A DNA stretch of 55,693 nucleotides from a virus (taxonomy: Duplodnaviria; Caudoviricetes). The notes below the pieces were generated by a model. The model made no database searches. It was not told where the DNA came from and worked only from the letters and a program-made list of their open reading frames with translations. Made by a program: the position numbers and the translations under genes. The DNA lies in IMG/VR virus record IMGVR_UViG_3300049926_000024, positions 1 to 55,693 of that record, one strand, 5' to 3'. Below are positions 44,426 to 52,996 of this stretch, in pieces. Position 1 is the stretch's first letter, and each line of letters begins with the position of its first letter.

Positions 44426-46311
44426 GACTCCCCCACTTCCGCGTCTACTTTTGAAGGCACTAGCAAGGGAACACAGTTTTCCATGATGTCTTTTGCAAGT
44501 GCAATTTCTTTTTCCGTCCATGCGGAAATTCCTACTTCGTCGTGAACAGTGACCAGTAGGGTAATCCCTGCACGGTGCAGTTCAATCATTGCCCGCTTCG
44601 TCTGGTCGGCTGCGCTGCCCTGGATAAGCCTGTTCATTGCCCGGTAAGTATATCCCCGCTCCTGGCCGCCCTCCGCGTTCGTCTGGAGAGGAAAGCGGCA
44701 ATGCCTGCCCCCTATGGTGCGAATAAAGCCCCTTCGCCTCGCTGTGACCTCGCTAACCCTGGAAAGCTCCTTCACAAACGGCATTTTAATGTCGTACTGG
44801 TTAAGAATTTCCTGGCCTACTTCTCCGGCCACTTCCATAGAACGCCCGCGCCTTGTAATAAATTGCGTCGGCAACCCCAGGGACCGGCAGAGTTTAGGCC
44901 CGCCCATGCCGTAGGCTATTCCAAGGTTGATAGTTTTGGCCTGCTTACGCGGCAGTCCTGTCAGTTCAGCCGCCAGGCTATGGTAATCCGTGTGTGGGTC
45001 ATTGTTATACTTGTCCATTGCTGTCTTGGCCCCTGGCAAGTCCAGAAGGGCGGCATAGTGGACGGTAAGGCGCGGTTCCTGCTGGCTATAGTCCATTGCT
45101 CCCCACGTGGCTCCAGGTTCTGGCAGGTAGATACTACGAACCAGGCCGCCCAGTTCCGGGTCTTTGTCCGGGGAAGGCTGTTGTTGCAGATTCGGCTTCA
45201 CACAGGAGAAGCGGCCAGAAACAGCCCCGCCGCTTTCACTTGGTAACTGGTTCAGGCTACAGTGAACCCGCCCATCTACCACAAACTGGGTAAGCAGGTT
45301 GTCCACAAACGTAGAGCGTACCTTATTTATTTTCCGTGAACGGATAACCATGCGCGGAATCTCGGCCCCTGGCTTTCCTTCCAGCGTTTCTTCCAGGCTG
45401 TCCAGAAATTCGTTTGTTACGCTTGGCTTGTTCGTTTTCTTGGTGCGCGGAAAAACAACCCCATATTGTTCCAGAACGGGAACAATAGAAGCGGATTCTG
45501 TCGGGCTAATCAGCATGCCGGAAAGCCGTTTAATTTCGGAAATATACCGGGCTTCTTCTTCCTTCAGGTATTTGGAAACACGGCTGATTTCATCCACGTC
45601 AACCGGAACACCGCGCCGCCGCATTTCAATAAGCACCGGCGTAAGGTCCATCTCCATATTGTAGCAATCAAACAGCTTCGGGGACTTGTCAGAATAGTAA
45701 CGTTCCCGGAATTGTTCGGGCAGGTCTTCCACTTCCGGAGGCCTCTTCAGCTTCGGCTGCAAAATCTTCCAGCTATCCAGGGTTACGCGCCCGTCCTGTT
45801 CCGCATATTTCTTTATCTGGTTCGGGTTCAGCCGCGCCATATTTTCCTTGATATTCTTGACGCCTAGCTGCTTGGCCAGGTCGTTAAGCTGGCTTTCCTC
45901 CTTACCCACGCCCAGGCAGTCCAGGGCAACGGCGTCCAGGTTCCACCGCTTGTTTTCGTCAAGCATGGCGGCGGCAATCAGCACGTCTTCTATTTTACCG
46001 TTCACTTTAATATTTTCCGTGGATAACCACCCCAGGTCATAGCTGGCATTAGCGAAAACAACAGTCAAGTCCGGCTTCTTCAGTTGACTTTTAAGCCATG
46101 CGATAACCTTATCCTTGTCCATATTTCCGTCAGCATGCCCGATAGGGAGGTAATCAGAACGCAAAGCGTCCGTGACTACCACGCCCAGCATGCGGCCACC
46201 GTCAGCCCTGGCCCAGCCCGCGCCCCATGTCTTCAGGAAGGGGTCGTGGGTTTCGGTATCAATGGCGATAGTGCCGGTCAATTCTCTAAATATTCCGTTA
46301 TCTGTTTCCAC
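44407..46311 (-). CDS. polA: Family A DNA polymerase with 3'-5' exonuclease domain
   Basis: IDTET (ExoI), NASYD, YAEQD; SGRFS, DYSQQEPR (motif A), KTINLGIAYG (B), VHDE (C). Confidence 0.96.
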   Translation of the reverse strand: METDNGIFRELTGTIAIDTETHDPFLKTWGAGWARADGGRMLGVVVTDALRSDYLPIGHADGNMDKDKVIAWLKSQLKKPDLTVVFANASYDLGWLSTENIKVNGKIEDVLIAAAMLDENKRWNLDAVALDCLGVGKEESQLNDLAKQLGVKNIKENMARLNPNQIKKYAEQDGRVTLDSWKILQPKLKRPPEVEDLPEQFRERYYSDKSPKLFDCYNMEMDLTPVLIEMRRRGVPVDVDEISRVSKYLKEEEARYISEIKRLSGMLISPTESASIVPVLEQYGVVFPRTKKTNKPSVTNEFLDSLEETLEGKPGAEIPRMVIRSRKINKVRSTFVDNLLTQFVVDGRVHCSLNQLPSESGGAVSGRFSCVKPNLQQQPSPDKDPELGGLVRSIYLPEPGATWGAMDYSQQEPRLTVHYAALLDLPGAKTAMDKYNNDPHTDYHSLAAELTGLPRKQAKTINLGIAYGMGGPKLCRSLGLPTQFITRRGRSMEVAGEVGQEILNQYDIKMPFVKELSRVSEVTARRRGFIRTIGGRHCRFPLQTNAEGGQERGYTYRAMNRLIQGSAADQTKRAMIELHRAGITLLVTVHDEVGISAWTEKEIALAKDIMENCVPLLVPSKVDAEVGESWGKSK

Positions 46312-46739
46312 TATAGCCCCGTACTTCCGAAGCCGCCGCTGCCACGAACTGAACCCCTAACAGCTTTCACTTCCTGGAATGTTACGGACTTGACCGGCGC
46401 AATGACAAGCTGGGCTATCCTCATGCCTGGTTCAATCGTGAAATTCTCATTGCTGACATTAAGCAGGCAAATTTTCACTTCTCCCCTATAGTCGGCGTCT
46501 ATCGTGCCGGGGCTATTTGGGATAATGATACCGTCACGGCATGCAAGTCCAGAACGGGGGCGAACCTGCCCTTCGTGGCCGTGCGGGATTTCCAGGGACA
46601 AGCCTGTTCCGTATAGGTGACGTTCGCCCGGCTTTAGAATCCAGAAGTCTACACTGAACAGGTCGTAACCGGCTGCCGAATCACTGGCACGGTAGGGAAG
46701 TTTTGCTTCGGGGTGAATTAGCTGAACGTTAATTTCCAA
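46311..46739 (-). CDS. dut: Trimeric dUTPase
   Basis: AGYDL, RPRSG, GTIDADYRGE, RIAQL, RGSGGFGSTG. Confidence 0.97.
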   Translation of the reverse strand: MEINVQLIHPEAKLPYRASDSAAGYDLFSVDFWILKPGERHLYGTGLSLEIPHGHEGQVRPRSGLACRDGIIIPNSPGTIDADYRGEVKICLLNVSNENFTIEPGMRIAQLVIAPVKSVTFQEVKAVRGSVRGSGGFGSTGL

Positions 46740-46750
46740 TTATTTTTACC

Positions 46751-47188
46751 TTATTTGTGATGTCTAAAGTTTTCAGGGGTAACAAAGTCGCTGCACTTCC
46801 AGATTCCCAGGTTTTCAGCTTTCGCCTTGTCCTGCTGGTCGTGGCAAGCCACCTGTTCGGCTTCTGTCATGTAATTGTCGTAACAGATTGCATTACCAGA
46901 ACGCACCATTTGCAGGTTGAACCCACAGTCCACCACTGGCCGCGTGTGATGAATGTCGTATTCACGGAATTTGCAAACGGTAAGGTCGTCATGCATGTAT
47001 TTATCCAGGGCGATTCTGGCATTTTCACCGATAGGGATTTCCTGGCCGCCTACGTGACAAGTCTGGTGAAGTTCTGGAGCGTCGATATAGGCAAGGCGGT
47101 AAATAACCTGCGTGATAGAATCCCCGTCACGCACTTTAAAGCCGCTGCATAAAAGTAAAAGGCCGCACAATAAAAATAGTTTCTTCAT
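46751..47188 (-). CDS. Thermonuclease (SNase-like) with signal peptide
   Basis: MKKLFLLCGLLLL signal; DGDS, RLAYIDAPE, AKAENLGIW, PENFR. Confidence 0.85.
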   Translation of the reverse strand: MKKLFLLCGLLLLCSGFKVRDGDSITQVIYRLAYIDAPELHQTCHVGGQEIPIGENARIALDKYMHDDLTVCKFREYDIHHTRPVVDCGFNLQMVRSGNAICYDNYMTEAEQVACHDQQDKAKAENLGIWKCSDFVTPENFRHHK

Positions 47189-47218
47189 GCTGTAAATCTC
47201 CCATAAGTGGTTTCTCTT

Positions 47219-47247
47219 ATGATAAGGTTAAAGTGCATAAATGTCAA
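47219..47247 (-). promoter_or_regulatory. Sigma70-type promoter with TTTATGCA spacer
   Basis: TTGACA-tttatgcactttaacct(17)-TATCAT. Confidence 0.82.
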
Positions 47248-48036
47248 CTAGTAATCGTGTCTGTTTACGCCTTTCTTATAAACGTCCGATAATTGCAAAG
47301 CCCACTGGGTAGCGTAGTAGATGCCGCAAACCCCTGTTCCCGTGCCTACCCATACGTCACGGCCTGCATTCATCAAGGCAGGTTTTTCCTGGACAACTAA
47401 GCAATCCAGTTCGGCCACCGGCGGGAAAGGCCTGCGTATTGGGGTCAGTGATAAGGTGGAAAACTTCGTCTTCCCGTCCTGGGTGACCCGCATTTCCCTG
47501 TAATCGTCGGAAAGGCTGATATTGTCGTTCTGGACTTCCGGCAGTGTTCCAGTAAAAGCACGATGCAGTTTTCCGGGCATGGCGAAGCCAAGGGGTTCAA
47601 ACACGTCATTCGTGGCCGCGCCCAGGCAGAAAATCACGGCGTCAAATTCCTTTACGTCCAAGTCGTCGGCATTGATAAACAGCTTTGGTTCGGATAAAGA
47701 AACGGGGCTAACGTCGCAGCGAATCCGGCGTTCCCCTGGAAAGGCTTTATAGATGTCATGCCGGTCGATTACCCCGAACAGGCGCAGGTTTTCATTGACC
47801 TGCACCATGCGGGTTTCCAGGGGGTAGGTTTTATGCAGGTGAAGCATGACACTATCCCCGGCTTGCTCTACGTCAACTAGGCCGGTGCATGCCCTACTGG
47901 CCCCTGGGACCTTCTGGCCGTCAAAGATTACTGTGTTGTGGCCGTCAAGGTGCATCTTCGTTGCAATAATCGTGCCAACAATTCCGCCGCCCACTACGGC
48001 AATATTTAAATCTCTCTCGTTTAATTTCTTTCCCAT
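47248..48036 (-). CDS. FAD-dependent oxidoreductase-like protein (short, divergent)
   Basis: IAVVGGGIVG Rossmann motif, GASRACTGL, VIFCLGA, WVGTG. Confidence 0.7.
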   Translation of the reverse strand: MGKKLNERDLNIAVVGGGIVGTIIATKMHLDGHNTVIFDGQKVPGASRACTGLVDVEQAGDSVMLHLHKTYPLETRMVQVNENLRLFGVIDRHDIYKAFPGERRIRCDVSPVSLSEPKLFINADDLDVKEFDAVIFCLGAATNDVFEPLGFAMPGKLHRAFTGTLPEVQNDNISLSDDYREMRVTQDGKTKFSTLSLTPIRRPFPPVAELDCLVVQEKPALMNAGRDVWVGTGTGVCGIYYATQWALQLSDVYKKGVNRHDY

Positions 48037-48037
48037 G

Positions 48038-49516
48038 TTAATACTTGAAATACCTCTTATTGGTTTTTGGGCTTAAAATATGCAGGTTCTTCTTTGCCCT
48101 GGAAGCTCCCACATAGAAAACGCGGTGTTCGTCGTCGGGGACTTGAAGAAACTGCCGGTAGCTTTGGTCAGTAATGTCGTGGATAATTACAACATTGTCC
48201 GCTTCTCCCCCTTTGGAACCGTGGATAGTGCTAATTTCCACCCGGCCAGGTCCACGAAGTGGTTCGTTATTGTGGCGCAGCAACCGGATATATTCCCGCT
48301 CCACGTCCGGCAGGAATTCAAGCGAATCCATCCAGGAAGGGAGCTTTCCTTTAAGGCCTACGTCACCGGCAAAGAATTGTTCTTTTTCTGGAGGTCTTGA
48401 CAGCTTTCTAGTGTACTTGTCAAGGGCTGCCAGGTCGTACTTGTTGATTGACTCCCCTTTTCTAAGGGCTTCCCATGCCAGAACGGCGCGGACATTGCTT
48501 TTATCATTTGACCATTCCCTGGCGGCCATCTTGTAAACCACGCCCTGATTCACGCAGGTCTTTGTCAGGTCGCGCAGTTGGTGGGAATGCCTGCCAAGCA
48601 GTAGCCAGCTTTCCCCATTCAGTAGGTTAATATGTTCCAGGCTGGTTAGGTAATTCACCGCGCCTTCTTCGTCCTTGCAGTCCCATTCTTTCGGGTAGCG
48701 CACCCCGATATTTCCCACAATACCCTGGCAAAGACTATGCACCTGGCGCGGCAGGCGGTAACTTTTTGGTAAAACCTGCCGGTTTCCCTGGATAGCCAGG
48801 AATGTCCGCAAGTCCGCACCGGCCCAGGTGAAAATAGCCTGGTCGTCGTCCCCACCTATCCATATTTCCTTAGCGTTTGCAGATACCCGTTTAGCAAAAT
48901 CCCATTGCTGGCGGGTCAAGTCCTGCGCTTCGTCAATAATGAAAACGTCCACGTCGATAGCTGCCTTTGCTTCGTCCATGAAGTCGGTGAAGTCGTAGAG
49001 GTCGTACTTATATTTATACCTGGCCAGGTTGTCCGCGAAGTCCTTAATCGTCCGGCATGGCGGGCAGGAACGGGCGGTAGACTGTAACCAGGCTTCTTCT
49101 ATACTAATTTTCTTAGCCCTGGAAAGAGCATAGATATTTAGGCACTTATCGCCCAGTTGCCCGAAGTAGGGAAGCGTCCTTTCGGTGCTTTCGTCATACT
49201 GGCCGCTGAACTCTAAGCCCAGGATATTCCCTAGCTCGGTGTAATTGTCGTTATTCATGACCTGGTTAGGCTTCAGCCCCATAATCAAGTAGGCCAGGCT
49301 GTGAAGGGTTCGGAAATACTTGAACCGTTTCTGGTCAAAGCCGAAAGCTGCGGAAGCCCTTGTTCCGGCTTCGTCGGCTGCCTTTCTGGTGAAGCTGCAA
49401 TAAGCGATTCTTTCCGGCGGAATCCCCCGGTCTAGGGCTTCTTTCACCTTTTGAATAAGCTGCGTCGTCTTTCCTGTTCCCGGTGGACCCAGGAGAATGT
49501 TTACTTCCCGGCTCAT
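48038..49516 (-). CDS. UvrD-like SF1 helicase
   Basis: GPPGTGKT, IDEAQD, GDDDQAIF, SYRLP, STIHGSKGGEAD, YVGASRAK. Confidence 0.92.
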   Translation of the reverse strand: MSREVNILLGPPGTGKTTQLIQKVKEALDRGIPPERIAYCSFTRKAADEAGTRASAAFGFDQKRFKYFRTLHSLAYLIMGLKPNQVMNNDNYTELGNILGLEFSGQYDESTERTLPYFGQLGDKCLNIYALSRAKKISIEEAWLQSTARSCPPCRTIKDFADNLARYKYKYDLYDFTDFMDEAKAAIDVDVFIIDEAQDLTRQQWDFAKRVSANAKEIWIGGDDDQAIFTWAGADLRTFLAIQGNRQVLPKSYRLPRQVHSLCQGIVGNIGVRYPKEWDCKDEEGAVNYLTSLEHINLLNGESWLLLGRHSHQLRDLTKTCVNQGVVYKMAAREWSNDKSNVRAVLAWEALRKGESINKYDLAALDKYTRKLSRPPEKEQFFAGDVGLKGKLPSWMDSLEFLPDVEREYIRLLRHNNEPLRGPGRVEISTIHGSKGGEADNVVIIHDITDQSYRQFLQVPDDEHRVFYVGASRAKKNLHILSPKTNKRYFKY

Positions 49517-51060
49517 TAGAACACCTCTTTTCCGAAGTCGATTTCTTTTTTCTCTGTTTCTGGCGCGTCAAAATCTTCAATCATCCACACACGTTCATTT
49601 TTGCCCTTTATCCTCATTTGGATAGGTTCAGCCCCTTGGTGCTTTACCATATGCCATAAGTGATGTTCTGACTTGATTTTAAATTTATGGTTTTCCAGGT
49701 ATTCTATCAGTGACCGGGATTTGAAGTAAACCTTATTATTATCGCGCCACGGCTTACCAGCTACAATTTCGTCCTGGTTCCTGGCCTGGAGCGTCCCGTG
49801 GCAAAAGCTTTCAAGCAGCCCCATAAACTGGCCTTCAGCACTGGCGTCTTCCGGCGGGGCAACAATATCCGCGCTCTTGATTTTCTCATCAAGATAGCGT
49901 TCCCACTTGGACCGGCTGACGGTTCCAGGGATTCGGTTAATGCGCTCCATGCAAAGCATGTTGAATTTACTTTGCTGCATAAGCTGCTCGGTTTCCACCA
50001 TCACGGCCACGCCTTCCAGTTCCACGCGCCATAGTACCGGCGTCCCTAAGTATTTCGTGATGCTGCTGATTTCAATAAGTTCCGCTTCCTTGTCACCTGC
50101 TGCGGCCTTCACCCCATATTTTTCCTTCGTGCAGGCCTTGCGGTCACAGTGATTGCAAATAGGGGACTTCCGGCAGGTGTAATTATATTCCCTTCTGGCC
50201 AATGAACCGGCCAGTGTGTTGATTTCGTCCAGGGAAAGTTCCGGGTCACACATGCGCCCGTTATATTTCAGTAATTCATCTTTCCAGGAATCCCCGAAGC
50301 GCAGTTTCAGGTAAACCCCGGCGTTATACATGCCGTCGTTGCGTGTCCCTTCTGGAAAACCGCCCTTCAAGGCTAGGTATTTCAAGCACGGCGGCCCATC
50401 TTTGAACCAGTCTTCTATCTGGTCAAGGTTTGCCCCACTGGCGTTAAGCTGTTCATGGGTTACTTTCTTTGATTCGGCGTAGGCAAGGAACTCTTCCAGG
50501 TTTAGGGGCTGGCCGTCCTTCAGCGCGTAACGCTGGGTATCCTTGGCGTTGAAGTAGGGCAGGTTAATCCAGTTTCCAAGGTCTTCCCTGGGGCCATCCA
50601 CCACGCGGGTAACCTGCTTCGGGAAAATCTCCACGCCGCCATAGCCCAGGATAGCGGAAAACTCTGACATTTTAGCAACGGCAAGTGTCGCGCTTATTGG
50701 TTCTACCGTGAATAAATAGAGGTGCGCCCCGCCGGATTTACTGCGGCAAAGAACCAGGGGAAGGTTATTTTCCTTGATTTTCTGTTCCAGGGCTACCAGG
50801 TCGAAGTTTGAATAGCTGTCTATATCAATGGCCGCAAAGCTTACAGTATTTTCTTCCTGGAGAGGAACCGCGCCCACGCCGTACTTGCCGCCGCTAAGAT
50901 GTTCTTCAATATCCAGGTTCCTAAGTGGTCCCCGTGAAGTATATGCTTTGCCTTCTGCCTTCAGTTTTTCGGCATGAACGCCGCCGCTTAACACATACTT
51001 TCCGTGCGCTCTTTCAAACCCTTTAAAAAGGTCTAGGAATCTATCTACTACCGTGGTCAT
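49516..51060 (-). CDS. AEP-superfamily primase with PriCT-like domain
   Basis: AAIDID, RSKSGGAHLY, EIFPKQ, INLPYF; PPCL...EGTRN; Cys cluster. Confidence 0.82.
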   Translation of the reverse strand: MTTVVDRFLDLFKGFERAHGKYVLSGGVHAEKLKAEGKAYTSRGPLRNLDIEEHLSGGKYGVGAVPLQEENTVSFAAIDIDSYSNFDLVALEQKIKENNLPLVLCRSKSGGAHLYLFTVEPISATLAVAKMSEFSAILGYGGVEIFPKQVTRVVDGPREDLGNWINLPYFNAKDTQRYALKDGQPLNLEEFLAYAESKKVTHEQLNASGANLDQIEDWFKDGPPCLKYLALKGGFPEGTRNDGMYNAGVYLKLRFGDSWKDELLKYNGRMCDPELSLDEINTLAGSLARREYNYTCRKSPICNHCDRKACTKEKYGVKAAAGDKEAELIEISSITKYLGTPVLWRVELEGVAVMVETEQLMQQSKFNMLCMERINRIPGTVSRSKWERYLDEKIKSADIVAPPEDASAEGQFMGLLESFCHGTLQARNQDEIVAGKPWRDNNKVYFKSRSLIEYLENHKFKIKSEHHLWHMVKHQGAEPIQMRIKGKNERVWMIEDFDAPETEKKEIDFGKEVF

Positions 51061-51099
51061 TGCCTGCCCCTATGTTCCGTTATTTAAATTCAGTATTAG

Positions 51100-51130
51100 G
51101 GGGAATCTGCTTCAATGAAGGAGATTCCCC
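51100..51130 (-). terminator. Intergenic hairpin after the SSB-like gene (no U-tract; attenuator or stabiliser)
   Basis: GGGGAATCT.CTTCA-t-TGAAG.AGATTCCCC. Confidence 0.45.
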
Positions 51131-51137
51131 GCCCTTA

Positions 51138-51935
51138 TTACATTACGCTGTCAGGGTCAATACCTCCGCCGTCGGTAGCATTTTCAAAGCTTTCTGTCTT
51201 GACTCTTCCGCCTATGATTGACTCATAGAAGGCCTTGCCTGCTTCATAGAACATTCTGGCGTTCTTCATTTCCAGGGTATTCTTCGCCTTACGCACTACC
51301 CAGCCGTCCCATTTACCCTTTTCGTTAGATTCAGGCATAGAAGAGAGTTCAAACACCTGGGTCCACATTGGCATAATGCTAATTTTGCCGGTCTTTGGAT
51401 TAGTGATTTTATTGGCCTGGATTAAATTGTTCAGGTTTTTGGCCTTCTTAAACTGGGTTCCTGCCATTGCAATAACTACCGGGCTGACAATCGCCGCTTC
51501 TTCGTCAACGATAAGGGCGTAGAACGTAGCCGTGCGGACAATTTCGTTGCCATTTGGCAAGGTGTCTTTGCCTTTGTCATTGCGTTTCGCGTCCAGTAAA
51601 CACGATTCGTCTTTATGAATAGCAACCAGTCCACCGCCTGCTGTCCGTGGCTTCCATTCAATATACTGTGTGTGATAGTAGCATGGAATCACGGTAACGG
51701 TGTCATACAGGTCATTGCTGGCCGTGTTGAAAATTTGACCCTTCTTAGCCCCCTGGATAAAGCCCGGCTCCTGGGCGTCTATCTGTGGTGAAAGTGCCTG
51801 GATAACCCGAAGGAACGGAATAGCTATGTCCGCGCTATTCGTGTCTTCCGTACCCATGCCCGCGTCATTAATCAGGTCGTCCAGAAATTCTGCTGGAAGG
51901 CCTGCTACTGTTGTTTTTGCAATTTCTTTACTCAT
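51138..51935 (-). CDS. Putative ssDNA-binding/annealing protein
   Basis: DIAIPFLRVIQALSPQ...YIEWKPR..GGG...NEKGKW.GW; acidic tail; next to the primase. Confidence 0.55.
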   Translation of the reverse strand: MSKEIAKTTVAGLPAEFLDDLINDAGMGTEDTNSADIAIPFLRVIQALSPQIDAQEPGFIQGAKKGQIFNTASNDLYDTVTVIPCYYHTQYIEWKPRTAGGGLVAIHKDESCLLDAKRNDKGKDTLPNGNEIVRTATFYALIVDEEAAIVSPVVIAMAGTQFKKAKNLNNLIQANKITNPKTGKISIMPMWTQVFELSSMPESNEKGKWDGWVVRKAKNTLEMKNARMFYEAGKAFYESIIGGRVKTESFENATDGGGIDPDSVM

Positions 51936-51959
51936 AATACTAACTTCCTTATTTAAAAT

Positions 51960-52526
51960 TTATTGTTCAATCACTACTTTCTTACCTATGTAAACTCCTA
52001 GAATTTCCATAGGGACAGAAGCCCCCAGGCCAAGCTGTTCCTTTACAAAGGCGGTCAAAGTGTTCCACTGTACAGCGTTCTTAAGCTCCACATTTTCTAC
52101 ACCTTGTTCTTTCAAGGCGGCTATAATTTCACGGGCTTTTTCTGTCTGGCCACGTTCTAAAGCTGCCTTAATTTCTGATTTAATGAGGCCACCGAAGCCG
52201 TTATCTTCCAGCCACTTGAAAGCCTCATTTTCATATTTTTTCGGAATATTAGCGTGGACATGGTCTTTCACCAGTACGCTTTCCCCTGTTTCCAGGTGGA
52301 AGCCTGCTACACCCATTTCCGCCATTTTCACAGGGATAAGGTTTTCTTCCAGTTCCTTCATTTCTTTGTTAATCAAGCCCACCCTGCTTTCCAGGGCTTC
52401 CTTCTCCTGGCGAAGGCCGCAAAGCTTGATAGCCAGTTCACTAAGTTTTTTCATACCCTGCGGGTCTACTTCCCTGTTTTCCGCGTCCGCTAGCATGTCG
52501 TCAAAAAATTGTTCATCGTTTTTCAT
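51960..52526 (-). CDS. Replication-module protein, hypothetical
   Basis: IPVKMAEMG...AFKWLEDNGFGGLIK...TLTAFVKEQL. Confidence 0.65.
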   Translation of the reverse strand: MKNDEQFFDDMLADAENREVDPQGMKKLSELAIKLCGLRQEKEALESRVGLINKEMKELEENLIPVKMAEMGVAGFHLETGESVLVKDHVHANIPKKYENEAFKWLEDNGFGGLIKSEIKAALERGQTEKAREIIAALKEQGVENVELKNAVQWNTLTAFVKEQLGLGASVPMEILGVYIGKKVVIEQ

Positions 52527-52543
52527 GATTCATTAATCCTTAA

Positions 52544-52933
52544 TTAGTCGTAAAGTTCATGGTCTTTTCTTGCTACGAAAAGTTCCTGTTTATTGACAGT
52601 CACAGGCATGTAAAAGCCCTTTCCTGTCCGTTCACCTTCCAGGTTTATCTGACGTTCCCAGCGTAGGACGTTGATTTGCTTGAAAGGTAATTCTGCAATG
52701 ACCAGCCCGGCGAGAAAAACGCCTGTCATATCTCCACCAGCCCACATTATAAAGTCGTCCTTTTTCATTCCTGCCAGTTTATCCCGCAGGATTTTAAGGC
52801 ATGGACCAGGCGCGTGTGTGGGTCTATCCGAAGAGGTCAGTAATGTTTCAATTCTTCCGTATTCATGGGCGGACGTCAGGTCTAAAACTGACTTCGTAGG
52901 CTCCTGAACCAGGTAAACAACTCTATTTTTCAT
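52544..52933 (-). CDS. Hypothetical protein
   Basis: VYLVQE...AHEYG...LRWER; has its own promoter and leader box. Confidence 0.65.
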   Translation of the reverse strand: MKNRVVYLVQEPTKSVLDLTSAHEYGRIETLLTSSDRPTHAPGPCLKILRDKLAGMKKDDFIMWAGGDMTGVFLAGLVIAELPFKQINVLRWERQINLEGERTGKGFYMPVTVNKQELFVARKDHELYD

Positions 52934-52962
52934 AATTCCTATTATCCGTTATATTAAGGTTC

Positions 52963-52990
52963 AGCCTATAGCACCGTTATTAAAAGTCAA
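52963..52990 (-). promoter_or_regulatory. Sigma70-type promoter
   Basis: TTGACT-tttaataacggtgcta(16)-TAGGCT. Confidence 0.55.
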
Positions 52991-52996
52991 TCGCTT

